From positions 52,117-116,116 of the forward strand of contig CAVWLW010000036.1 of the NCBI GenBank assembly GCA_963755715.1: DNA of 64,000 nt. Reading direction: 5' to 3'. This document shows, one piece after another, positions 40,916-50,769 of this stretch (position 1 is its first letter; each line of letters begins with the position of its first letter). The notes under the pieces are model-generated. The model was not told where the DNA came from. It did not search any database and was given only the letters and a program-made list of their open reading frames with translations. The DNA comes from an uncultured delta proteobacterium. GTDB taxonomy: Bacteria; Desulfobacterota; Binatia; UBA9968. The translations under genes were made by a program, and so were the position numbers.

Positions 40916-41689
40916 CTACTCCCAAATTCCTTCGGGCAGAGGTAGCCCCGCTAGAACGTCAGCGGTCAACCTGGCGTCCGGTTCAATGCCGAAGCGCTCG
41001 AGCACGGCGATGATTTGCCGCGCATGCTGCGCCGAATGCCACGTGGAGCGCTCGAACAATTGGTGCATCGGCGGCGTGCCGTAGAATGTCTTGACCTTTT
41101 GACGGCAGGATTTGTCGTCGAGCTGTGCCCACCAGTTCTCGATGCGCTCGATAATACCATCGCCGTAAGCCGCGATTTCCATGCTGGTCATGCAGCTTCC
41201 TTCCGCCGGCGGCACGTTGGCATTGTTCGTCCAGTATTCCACGTCATCCAACGCGGTCTCGAGGAAAGCCTCTCCGATACGAAAGATGTGATGGCTGAGA
41301 AGCCGGATCGAGCGGTCGCGATTGTCGATCGCGCGCTCCGTGAGTCGTGGGTCAGGAATTTGCCGGACGTAGCGTTGCGAAGCGCACAGCACGGTGATCC
41401 ACTTCTCGAACAACACTTCGGGAGGCAAAGGGCTATGCCCGCTGCCTTGCAGGCCGACAAATTCGGCAACGTCTTCCATGTTCTGGCAAAAGATGAACTG
41501 GCCGCCTTTTGCCAGCACCGGCACGCTCTGCGCGCCGAGACTGAGCAACTGCTCTCGACCCGTGGGATCGTTCAAAACATCGAGGGTGGTAAAGTCAATG
41601 CCTTTTTTCGAAAGAAACTCTTTCGTTCTAAGACAACTGCTTCAACCGGGCTGGGTGAACAAGACGAATTTGTCGTTTGTGATTTCCAT
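40916..41689 (-). CDS. Glutaredoxin-DinB-like fusion, probable selenoprotein (in-frame TGA at codon 16, U-S-S-C)
   Basis: ATG 41689 after AGGA: MEITNDKFVLFTQPG-TGA-SSCLRTKEFLSKKGIDF...QSVPVL (Grx cis-Pro), in frame with ORF 41575-40916; C-terminal SHH...WHSAQH; hairpin 16 nt after the TGA. Confidence 0.8.
41609..41625 (-). promoter_or_regulatory. Candidate bacterial SECIS hairpin
   Basis: mRNA CGAAAGA-GUU-UCUUUCG: 7-bp stem with G first in the apical loop, loop 23 nt downstream of the UGA. Confidence 0.55.
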
Positions 41690-41725
41690 CGTTACGTCCT
41701 CGCTATGACCGGCTAAACTGCGCGG

Positions 41726-41754
41726 AACCTATCAACCGTAACCGAACGTGTCAA
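41726..41754 (-). promoter_or_regulatory. Putative sigma70 promoter of the Grx-DinB gene
   Basis: TTGACA-N17-TAGGTT with extended -10 TG. Confidence 0.5.
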
Positions 41755-41955
41755 CTCGGAATCCGTGTTTCGTGCTCGTGGGCGTGGCTCGTGCGAGCGG
41801 TTGGCTCAGATACTCCGCGGTTCGTGATAAGCAAATTACCGATTCAACCATGAAGCACTCGAGGGTCAGTACAGTCATTTTCCAAAGTTCGTGCTCTTCG
41901 CATTACTACGCCTGAAAGTTTTCGCGGCTTGCGCAAATTTCTCCTAACAAAAGGA

Positions 41956-42016
41956 CCCGGATTTTGCTGCGCTCCATCCGGGCTACGAATTGAGCGGTGC
42001 GCGTAGCGCACCCTAC
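41956..42016 (-). repeat. Two tandem GTAG REPs; the second matches the RAYT-flanking class
   Basis: Reverse strand GTAGCCCGGATGGAGCGCAGCAAAATCCGGG and GTAGGGTGCGCTACGCGCACC. Confidence 0.75.
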
Positions 42017-42117
42017 CAAAACCTTCGTGCTCTTCGTGACCTCTGTAGTAAACTCCGCTTTCCTACCTTGGTTGCGGCTCTGCCGCGCTAGGACCTCGTG
42101 GTGAGTCCCACTTGTTT

Positions 42118-43144
42118 TCAGCTCACCGAGATTTTCAGCAGCTTCCTGGCGTTGCCTTCGAGTATCGCCTGCTTTTCTATTTCCGAACAACGCAAGCGCC
42201 TCAACTTTGTCGACGCACTGCCAGTCGCCGAGGATGTACGGAAAGTCCGTGCCAAGCATTAAATGCTCCGCGCCGACTTTGCGGCGGAGAAAATCAAGAG
42301 TTTCCACGTCGTAAACCAGTGTATCGAAGTACAGGTTCTTGAGGTAAGCACTCGGCTCGGATGTGCAACGTGGCGAGTTGGGACGGTCTGCGCGCCGGGT
42401 CGCTTGCTTTCCCGTGAGATATTCTCGATCGAAGCGGCCCACGTGATAAGGGAAAAATCCACCACCATGGCATGTGCAAACTTTTAAATTGGGAAACCGA
42501 TCGAACACGCCGCTGTAAATTAGTAGGCCGAGTGATAGCGTGGTGTCGGCCGGATTGCCGCAGACCAAGCGCAGGCCGAATGAGCCCATCAGCTCGGTTC
42601 CTGCTGGATTGTCCGGGTGCATGAAGACGAGCACGTCCAACTCCTCAGCCTTAGCCCAGAACGGATCGAAATCTTCACTGTCATAGTACTTATGATTCAC
42701 ATTGGTCGCGATGTAAGCGCCGCGGAACCCCAGCTGTATGACCGCGTGTTCCAGAACCTTCGCTGCGCGCGCCGGCTCCTGTATTGGTACAGCGGCCATC
42801 GCAGTAAACCGCTCCGGATATTTTTTCAGAAATTCTTTAACGCACTCGTTGTAGATACGGCACCAACTCTCAGCTTGTTCGCCTTGGAGATCGTAGCCGA
42901 GCAGTTGCGTGCTCGGATCAAGCGCCGCCAGCGCGATTTTGCCTTTCGTCATCATCTCTAGCCGGGGCGCCACATCCGTCAAACCTTGCAGCAACGGATA
43001 TTTTGGACCGCCGTTGAACGAAAACCGGATCGTTCCGTCTTTGTCTTCGGAGACCTCGATGCCCAGGGCTTTGCCGCTCCGCTTCGCCTCCCCGATCACC
43101 TCCTCGGGAACGTAGTGATGATGAATATCGATCGCACCCTGCAT
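42118..43144 (-). CDS. ACMSD-like amidohydrolase_2 (frameshift near 42190; true C-terminus ...ILEGNARKLLKISVS)
   Basis: IDIHHH, VFMHP, HGGGFFPY, LYFDTLVY, LGTDFPY. Confidence 0.88.
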
Positions 43145-43191
43145 GACTATTGATCCCTCTTACTATTGCCTCACGCCTATTGCCTCTTGCC

Positions 43192-44193
43192 TTACTTATC
43201 AAACACACCGCTCTTCTCGAGCTCGACCAAATAGCGCCGATCGATCATGTCGGCCGGCTTGATCGCTTTTGCACGCGGATCCTGCGGCGCGATCTCATCG
43301 AGGGATGCTTGCAGCGCCGAATCGGCAATTTCCAAGCGCCTCTCAAGAGCGGGAATTTCGGATTGGTATGCCGCATCGAGTACCTTTGTGTCTGTAATCC
43401 GCAAATATTTGCCGAGGACCTTATAAACAAACTTTCTATCAGTGTGAATAATTTTTGATGCTTCGGCCATTGAACGCATGAATCTGCCGATCACTGGTCC
43501 ACGTTTATTGATCATCGAGCGCAGCGTTACCACCTGCGTTGCTCCGTACGGGATGCGCATTTCAGGACCATTGATCACATAGCGAAAGCCCTTAGCGACG
43601 GCAGCTGAATCGCCAGGCGCCACCAAACCCGCCGCGTCGAGACTGCCGCTCACCAGCGCGGCCAACGTTTCAGGCCCGCCGCCGGTCTGGATCGTTTGAA
43701 TGTCCTTGGCCGCATCCATGCCCAATCGTTTCAGTGCCTGGATCACGAAATAATGCGTGTTGCCGCCAAACCGCCCGACACCGACTTTTTTTCCTTTGAG
43801 ATCTTCTGGGCGCTTGATGTCCGGCTTGCCGAGCACGCTATGAGTTAGAATATTTTTCATGCCACCGATGAAAACCAAATCCGTGAAGCCTTGAACATAC
43901 GCCCGCACGTTGCCGACCGCGCCGGTAACGCCGATTTCGGCGTCACCGTTTAACGTCGCGGCGGTGGCGACTGGCGAGGATGGAATAAAGACCAGCCGAA
44001 AGTCTAGATCGTATTTCTTAAACAACCCGGCTTCCTGCGCGATCCACGGCATCGACTGCGACATTACTTGCGCAGAGTGCAGGCCGATGAGGCGGTCCGC
44101 GGCCGTGACGCGATCCAGAGAAAACACCAGCAATCCGATGATAAAAAATGCCGGCGCGAGAGTCCGAAGCACGCTGCGAAGGTTAGTGCGCAT
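43192..44193 (-). CDS. ABC SBP, NMT1/THI5/SsuA-like
   Basis: PWIAQEAGLFKKYDLD, DLKGKKVGVGRFGG. Confidence 0.88.
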   Translation of the reverse strand: MRTNLRSVLRTLAPAFFIIGLLVFSLDRVTAADRLIGLHSAQVMSQSMPWIAQEAGLFKKYDLDFRLVFIPSSPVATAATLNGDAEIGVTGAVGNVRAYVQGFTDLVFIGGMKNILTHSVLGKPDIKRPEDLKGKKVGVGRFGGNTHYFVIQALKRLGMDAAKDIQTIQTGGGPETLAALVSGSLDAAGLVAPGDSAAVAKGFRYVINGPEMRIPYGATQVVTLRSMINKRGPVIGRFMRSMAEASKIIHTDRKFVYKVLGKYLRITDTKVLDAAYQSEIPALERRLEIADSALQASLDEIAPQDPRAKAIKPADMIDRRYLVELEKSGVFDK

Positions 44194-44219
44194 AGTTTTC
44201 TCCTCTGTGAGTTTTCGAG

Positions 44220-45869
44220 TCAACGAGAACCTTCAGTCTTAATCAGTTCGGTAATTCTCTCAGTCAGATCTTTTTTTGAAACCTTACCGAATGGCGACAG
44301 CGGAAACTCTTCGACGACCTCGAGACGCTCAGGTAGTTTATGCTTCGCGATCTCTTGATCCAGCAAAAAGGCGACGAGGTGCGGTAAAGTTAATGACCCA
44401 CCGCCACGTAAAATCACATAGGCGCACATGCGTTCGCCGAGCACCGGATCGGGCATCGGCACGCAAGCAACGTTTTGCACCGCCGCATGAGCAAGAATCA
44501 GATTTTCGATTTCCTCCGCGCTGATTTTTTCGCCGCCGCGGTTGATGAGGTCTTTCTTGCGCCCTTCGACCATGTAATTTCCCGAAGAATGGCGCCGCAT
44601 CAAATCGCCGGAGCGATAGTAACCGTCCGACGTAAATGCTCTTGCGTTGTATTCCGGCACGCCGAAATAACCACGCAGCGTGTACGGGCCGCGGGCGAGA
44701 AGCTCGCCGACTTCCCCGAGCGCGACTTCGTTATCGTCGTCGTCCACGAGTCGAACTTCATCATCCGGACTCAGCGGCCTGCCGACGGTTTCCATGCGTA
44801 CATCTTCAGGATCGTCGAAACGCACGAACATCAACATGCCTTCGGCCATGCCGAAATTTTCCTGCACGGTGACACTTGGGATCAATTCTTTGGTTCGCCG
44901 CCGGACTTCCGGCTGGAGCCGCTGGCCGCCGCTCTGAATCACTCGCAGCGACGACAAGTCGAACTTTCCGATCGACGGATCGTTGATCAAACGGATCAGT
45001 AGCGCCGGCACTACCGCGATATGCGTGACTCGATGGCGTTCGATGAGCGCGAATATATCCTCGCTTCGCGTCGAGTTCGACAGCACCATTTTGCCGCCGT
45101 GCAAAAGATAACCTTGCAAGCCCGGGCAGGCGAGCGGCAGATTATGCGCCAACGGCAGCACGTCGAGAAAAGTCTCTTCTGCGCCGACGCCGGTCACCGC
45201 CGAAGCAATCTTGGAATTATAAAGATAATCGTTATGCGTGCGCGGGATCAGCTTGGGAATGCCGGTGGTGCCGCCGGACAGTTGAAACACCGCGGGATCT
45301 TCGGGGTCGATGCGAATGTTCTTCAGATCGCTAATCGAACGCTGACTCGGCCGCTCGATCATTTCTGCGAGCGAGAGAAAACCCGCTGACGCGTCGCCCA
45401 GGATGATGCCGAACTTTACCGTTTTGTTCGCACCGCGAATCCTCCTAACCAGCTCGCGGTAATCGAAATCTTTCCCTTTGTCCGGAGTGACGCACGCCAC
45501 TGCTCCGGAAAGCTCGGCGAATTGATTCATCTCCCGATAGCGATGCGTCGGCAGCGCCATGATCGGGATGCAGCCGATCTTCTGCAGGGCGAAATACAGA
45601 TAAACGAATTCGACGACGTTGGGCAGCTGCACGACCACGCGATCGAGCGGTTGGAATCCTTCGTCGAGTAGATTTAAAGCGAGGCGAGTGGCGCGATCGT
45701 TCAGCTGCGTGTAGGTAACCGACTGACCACCGTCAATTATGGCAACCCGATCGCCGTAGCGGCTGAATGTCTCGTCAAAAACATCGCGCAGCGCCCGATC
45801 TTCCCAATATCCCTTGGCGCGATAGCGCGCGGCAAATTCAGCAGGAAATCGAACGACGCCGTCTAACAT
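44220..45869 (-). CDS. Aryl-acid adenylating enzyme (EntE/DhbE-like; 2,3-dihydroxybenzoate/salicylate-AMP or -CoA ligase)
   Basis: YRAKGYW, FQLSGGTTGIPKLIPRTHNDY, AHNLPLACPG, FGMAEG, GPYTLRGY, INRGGEKISAEE. Confidence 0.9.
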   Translation of the reverse strand: MLDGVVRFPAEFAARYRAKGYWEDRALRDVFDETFSRYGDRVAIIDGGQSVTYTQLNDRATRLALNLLDEGFQPLDRVVVQLPNVVEFVYLYFALQKIGCIPIMALPTHRYREMNQFAELSGAVACVTPDKGKDFDYRELVRRIRGANKTVKFGIILGDASAGFLSLAEMIERPSQRSISDLKNIRIDPEDPAVFQLSGGTTGIPKLIPRTHNDYLYNSKIASAVTGVGAEETFLDVLPLAHNLPLACPGLQGYLLHGGKMVLSNSTRSEDIFALIERHRVTHIAVVPALLIRLINDPSIGKFDLSSLRVIQSGGQRLQPEVRRRTKELIPSVTVQENFGMAEGMLMFVRFDDPEDVRMETVGRPLSPDDEVRLVDDDDNEVALGEVGELLARGPYTLRGYFGVPEYNARAFTSDGYYRSGDLMRRHSSGNYMVEGRKKDLINRGGEKISAEEIENLILAHAAVQNVACVPMPDPVLGERMCAYVILRGGGSLTLPHLVAFLLDQEIAKHKLPERLEVVEEFPLSPFGKVSKKDLTERITELIKTEGSR

Positions 45870-45888
45870 TCTATGTACCCGCCGCGGT

Positions 45889-45945
45889 TGAGGATCGAAG
45901 ATGGAGGATAGAGGATGGCGATCCTCGATTCTCGATGCTCGACTC
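45889..45945. repeat. Inverted repeat of 7-mer tandem units (GAGGATN / ATCCTCG)
   Basis: GAGGATCGAAGATGGAGGATAGAGGATGGCGATCCTCGATTCTCGATGCTCG; relative at ~17677-17722. Confidence 0.7.
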
Positions 45946-45956
45946 GTTGGTCAGAA

Positions 45957-46722
45957 TCACGTCGTGCTCGAGAAATCCGCCGTCGACGATAATGATCTCG
46001 CCGGTCACGAAGCGGTTGTGCAAAATCAGGCTGAGCATGCTGTCGGCAACGTCGTCCTCCGTGCAGCAACGGTTGAGCGGTGTGTATTTCGCTCGGCGCG
46101 CCATCAGCCCTTCATAGTTTTTCGCCAGCGTCCTTTTCATCCACTCGCCTTCGATCCAGCCTGGCGCGACGGCGTTGACGCGGATCTGCGGGCCTAGCGC
46201 GTTGGCGAGCGTCTTGGTCAAGTTGGCCACGGCCGCTTTGCTCGCGGCATAGGGCAAGGGCTGCGCGCTCGGACGCAGACCGGCGATGCTGCACGTATTG
46301 ACGATGCAGCCGTTGGGCGATTTTTTTAAGAGCGGCGTTGCCGCGCGAGTGACGAGAAACAAACCGAGCACGTTGACCGAAAAGACTCGATTCCAAGCGT
46401 CGACGGTCATTTCTTCGAAATTCTTCGGCTCCACGTCAACGGTAGTGCCGGCGTTGTTGATCAAGACATCGAGCCGGCCGAATTCTTTTTCCGTCGCGGC
46501 GAGCATCGCGCGCACGCTGGCGTCGTCGCTCACATCGGCGCGGTACAGCAACGTTCTGGCTCCTGCCGCTTCGGCTTCCCGCGCCGTGAATTTCGCCGCA
46601 TCTTCACTTCGGCTGTAGTTGACGACCACGTCATAACCGTTTTTGGCGAGCGCGATCGCGGCGCTGCGGCCGATCCCCGTGGCGGCGCCGGTGACGAGAG
46701 CCGCTGGTTTGTCGCTGTTCAT
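45957..46722 (-). CDS. SDR-family oxidoreductase (FabG-like; a terminal indel extends the ORF-track call to 45871)
   Basis: TGAATGIG, NNAG, YAASK, VNAVAPG, VTGEIIIVDGG. Confidence 0.9.
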
Positions 46723-46760
46723 TGTGTCTACCTTTAAATTTTCGAATTTGCCGTAAAAGA

Positions 46761-47754
46761 TCACGGCAGGTTCAACAGCTTCGACGCGTTGCCGCGCTCG
46801 ATCTTCGTCCGGTCGCCGGCTGACAGCCCGACTTTATCCAACTGAGGTATCGTATAGCCAAGGCCGATCTCCGGCGGCGAGATCGGATAGTCGCCGCCGA
46901 GCACGATGCGGTCGGCGCTCATGCAATCGAGAGCGCAGCGGATCGCCGACGCGTCTGCGGTATGCGTGTCGACGTAAAAGGCTTGGCAGTATTCGACCAC
47001 GCGCCGCTGCAGATATTCCGGCATCGGCTTTTTTTCCTGCTCGTAGACGCGCCGCTCGAAGAAAAACTGTTGATCGAACCGGCCCATCGTAAACGGCAAG
47101 AAAGCCGCCAAGCTGGCAAAAAACGAATTTCACGCCCCACCAGCGATCGAAAACATTCGCCGTGATCATTTTGATCAGGCAGAGCATGTCGTCGAGCAGA
47201 AAGCCCACGCCGCTGTTGAGATAACGATTGTTGAGGCCGAGCGCTTGTTGCCAGGCCTGCGGCACCTGGCCCGGGTGAACCCAAAGCGGCATATTCCAGG
47301 CCTTCGCTCGTTCGAAAATCGGTTCGTAAACCGGATCGTCGAGCGCGCGCCCGTCGAGATTGGTCGAAAGGGAGATGCCGAAGAGCCCGAGCTTCTCCAC
47401 CGCGCGATCGAGCTCGTCCATCGCCGCTTCGCCGCCCAACGGATCCACCGCCGCCGCCGGTATGAAACGGCCGGGCGCGATGCGCGAGGCTTCGGCGATG
47501 TAGTCGTTGACCATCTTGACGACTTTATCCATCGGCAGCTTGCGCGCACGCGCCGCCGGCACGAGCAGATTGCCGTAGTTAATCACTTCTTTGTCGACGT
47601 CAAAGCGATCCATCAACGTCAAATGCTTCTCCAGCGAGCTAAAGCCCTCGTCAGCGTAGAGAGTTCGGCCGAGGTAACTTCCCGCGGCAAATTCCCGGAG
47701 CGCATCCAGTATCGTCGGCGGCAGACAATGGGCGTGACAATCGATCAAGCTCAT
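46761..47754 (-). CDS. Amidohydrolase_2 family protein (frameshift near 47100)
   Basis: IDCHAH, LWVHP, FYVDT, IVLGGDYP, GNASKLL. Confidence 0.85.
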
Positions 47755-47949
47755 AACAGCTCCTCGCTCGATAATTTTCCCTAAGCCTCGATGCTTCTAC
47801 GAAGTGAATTTTTAGCTGACGGCCATGCCCGGCAGCGAGGATAGCTAACACCGCGCTGTCGCTTCTGTCAATAAATCAGTCGGCGCTTTCAAAAGACGTA
47901 GAATGACCGTTGCGCCGCCAGGCAGGGCGTTGAGGCGGCGGCAAGATAT

Positions 47950-48270
47950 CTACTGCAACCACGCGAGCACCAGTACCAGCAACGCGCCGATGATCATGCC
48001 CGTCACCGCGCTCTTCGTTCTGTGTGCGATAATGACGGCGACGATCAAAGCCAGCGCGCGGCGCGGCGCCGCGGCGGTTTCCAGACGGGCGCCGGACATG
48101 AACAAGGTGACCGAGATAATGCTGCAAATCAGACCGTAAGAAACGTAACGCAACCACCGATCCAATGCTTCGGGAAATTTCCGTCCCGCGAAAAATAGTT
48201 GCGGCAAGGCGCGCATGGCAAAAGCCATGAGCCCCATAATCAGGATGATTTGGCTGCGCGTAATTTCCAC
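47950..48270 (-). CDS. azlD: AzlD-domain membrane protein
   Basis: MRALP, WLRYV; small hydrophobic protein overlapping the azlC 3' end. Confidence 0.75.
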   Translation of the reverse strand: MEITRSQIILIMGLMAFAMRALPQLFFAGRKFPEALDRWLRYVSYGLICSIISVTLFMSGARLETAAAPRRALALIVAVIIAHRTKSAVTGMIIGALLVLVLAWLQ

Positions 48271-48983
48271 TGTTCGATTCCCCACCCTAGAGTTGCAATG
48301 CCGATCGCCATGATGAGCCAGCCCCACTCCTGGCTCGCCAGCGCGCCCGGCAGCGCGGCCATCAAGCTGCCCAGACAAATAAGCGCCATCGCCCAGCCCT
48401 TCATTTCGACGACAAGCAGCCCGGCGAAATAGCCGGGTAAAATAAATCTCAGCGCTTCGTCGAAATCAGCTGGAAAACCCAACGCTAAACCGAATCCCAC
48501 AGCGCTTCCCGTCACCCAAACAACGAAGCTGGTCACGCCGACGCCGAGAAAGAAAGCGAGATTGCTATAACCATCCGGCGGCGCTGCCAACGCAGCGCGC
48601 GTCGTCCCATCGCGTTCTTTTTGAAACTGCAAATAGGGCACGATGAAGCTGCTCGCGCTGACCACGTGAGATGCCAAGAGCAAGGGCAACCGTTTCACGC
48701 CGCGAAAAAACGGCGCCAGCGCCGTGCTCATCGGCAGGAAGCGCAAGTTCATCAAAAAACCGGCGACCAAAACTTGCAACGAAGATTTGTTCTCCGCGAG
48801 GGGTCCGAGCACGGCGAATTGCGCCGGTCCGGAATAAACCCATGCGGACATGAGAATGATTTCTTCGAGCGACAAGCCGTGACGCTGCGCCGCGATGCCC
48901 CAGGCGATCGACGACGGCGCGAAGGCAATCCATATCGGAATCGCCGCTTTCATGCCTTGGCGAAACCGGACGGTGAAAGACAT
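48240..48983 (-). CDS. azlC: AzlC-family branched-chain amino acid exporter permease
   Basis: GMKAAIPI, MSAWVYSGPAQF, MNLRFLPMS. Confidence 0.85.
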   Translation of the reverse strand: MSFTVRFRQGMKAAIPIWIAFAPSSIAWGIAAQRHGLSLEEIILMSAWVYSGPAQFAVLGPLAENKSSLQVLVAGFLMNLRFLPMSTALAPFFRGVKRLPLLLASHVVSASSFIVPYLQFQKERDGTTRAALAAPPDGYSNLAFFLGVGVTSFVVWVTGSAVGFGLALGFPADFDEALRFILPGYFAGLLVVEMKGWAMALICLGSLMAALPGALASQEWGWLIMAIGIATLGWGIEQWKLRAAKSS

Positions 48984-49267
48984 TAGATGCGCTTAACCGA
49001 GGGAAGAGAAAAGATCAATGGATGACACGCCCTGCGCTTGATCAGCAATGATCGACCAGAAACTCTGCGCGGCAAAGCAGTAGCTAAAAGTCAAAATATC
49101 TCGCGCAAAAACCAAAGACCGCACAGGCAATACGAATTTGTCATTTCGACCGAAGGGAGAAATCTTCCTAGATCGCTCGCATCCACTCGGGATAACAGGC
49201 TTGGCGTTCTAACTTTGAAACTTCGCGCTTTCTGGGTGCACCTACCTATTGCTGTTCACTGAATATT

Positions 49268-50365
49268 CTATTTCAGCACGGCCTCAGCCAACTTGGCTCC
49301 TGGAAACCAGGAATTATTACATTTATCTTCGGTGAAGTTTTGAAAGCGCTTGAACTCGTCCAAAGTCATGACATCTTTGGCGGCTTGGCCGTCCAAGCCC
49401 TTGGTATCCACGTCCAAGCGCCGCGTCGGTTGTTGCGCGGTTTTTCCGTGCAGTTCCTGACCTTCCCGGCTGAGCAACCAATTGAAAAAAACTTTCGCCG
49501 CGTTCGGATGCGGCGCGCCCTTGATGACACCGACAATGCCGTTGCCGCCGCTCACGTAAGTTCCTTCTTTCAGCGTCGGCAAATGTTTGACCGGCAGGTT
49601 CGCATCCAAAAATGCGTCGAAATCCCGGTAGCCCACGCCGATGGTCAACGCGAGATTGCCTTTCGCCAGCGCGTCGGCGATCTGGCGCGCATTGCGGCCG
49701 ACGAACATGTCCTGCTGCGCAAGCTTTTTGATATATTCTTCACCCTTCATGTCCAACAGAAAAGCCCACATGGCAAGGCCGCCGCCTGGCACCCGCGGAT
49801 CGCGCAGGCCGATTTTACCTTTCCATTTAGGATCGAGCAGATCGTTATAGCTCCGCACCTCCTGCGGCTTGACCAGTTGCGTGTTGTAATAGAGCGACGG
49901 CGTCACCTGGGCGACGAAACTATAGAGCAAATTTTTCCCCGTCTGATTGTCCGCCCAGAGGTGACCGCCGAACCATTTCGCCGGATCCTTCACTTCAGGC
50001 AAGATCATCGCCGCCGTCAGCGGCTCGAATAGATCGGTTTTGAGCAGCGTGTTCCCCGTACACGGACCGACTAAAAAGGCATCGACGGTGGCCGCGCCGG
50101 CTTGCTTTTCCGCGACAATCTTACTCATGAGATTCGGTCCCGGCGCCTGAATAAATTCGCTGTCGAGATCGAAGCGCTTTTTCAGCACCGCCTGAACCTC
50201 ATTTCTAAAGTCGTTTCCCGGCGGCGCGCCGATGACGACTTTGCCTTCCTTCTTCGCGGCGGCGATTATGCGCTGCCATTCCGAACCGGCGTCGGCGCCG
50301 AAGGCGCGACCCTGAACACCCAACAGCAGAGTCACGATGACGAGAATCCATATTCTCCCGACCAT
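49268..50365 (-). CDS. ABC extracellular solute-binding protein (Fe3+/thiamine/polyamine class)
   Basis: AAAKKEGKV, YNTQLV, DLLDPKWKGKI, APHPNAAKVFFNWLLSREGQ. Confidence 0.88.
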   Translation of the reverse strand: MVGRIWILVIVTLLLGVQGRAFGADAGSEWQRIIAAAKKEGKVVIGAPPGNDFRNEVQAVLKKRFDLDSEFIQAPGPNLMSKIVAEKQAGAATVDAFLVGPCTGNTLLKTDLFEPLTAAMILPEVKDPAKWFGGHLWADNQTGKNLLYSFVAQVTPSLYYNTQLVKPQEVRSYNDLLDPKWKGKIGLRDPRVPGGGLAMWAFLLDMKGEEYIKKLAQQDMFVGRNARQIADALAKGNLALTIGVGYRDFDAFLDANLPVKHLPTLKEGTYVSGGNGIVGVIKGAPHPNAAKVFFNWLLSREGQELHGKTAQQPTRRLDVDTKGLDGQAAKDVMTLDEFKRFQNFTEDKCNNSWFPGAKLAEAVLK

Positions 50366-50556
50366 AGATTACCCTTCTGACAATCCCACCGACCTGTCCG
50401 GCGCCGATGACAAATCCACGTTTGGTCGATCATAGTCAGCTTCGTGGCGAGATTCCACTGCGCTGTCCCCCTCGAGACACCATCCTCTTCTGCCAAGTTG
50501 GATTGACACCAAATTCAGCCGAGCGCTATATTCCGCCCGGGAACTCTTCCCAACTA

Positions 50557-50707
50557 AACAACAACGATCGGCTCCAAACTGAGTCGTTCTGAATTTATCA
50601 ATCGAAGTCGATTCTGTTTCCGTCATTCCGGCGGAAGCCGGAATCCAGGCGGTCTTTGAACTTGATCCCGAAGCGAACCTGGATGCCGGCGTTCACCGGC
50701 ATGACGA
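50557..50707. repeat. ~150-bp MITE-like element, copy 2
   Basis: CGTCATTCCGGCGGAAGCCGGAATCCAGG...CCTGGATGCCGGCGTTCACCGGCATGACG with the same upstream arm as copy 1. Confidence 0.75.
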
Positions 50708-50769
50708 ACTCTTACTGAGGCGAGGGAATTCAACCGTTCCCGAGAGAGAAATTAAAGGGAGCCAATCCT

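Noticed and set aside
44220-45869. Siderophore biosynthesis cluster
   Set aside because: No NRPS, aryl carrier protein, isochorismate synthase or TonB receptor nearby.
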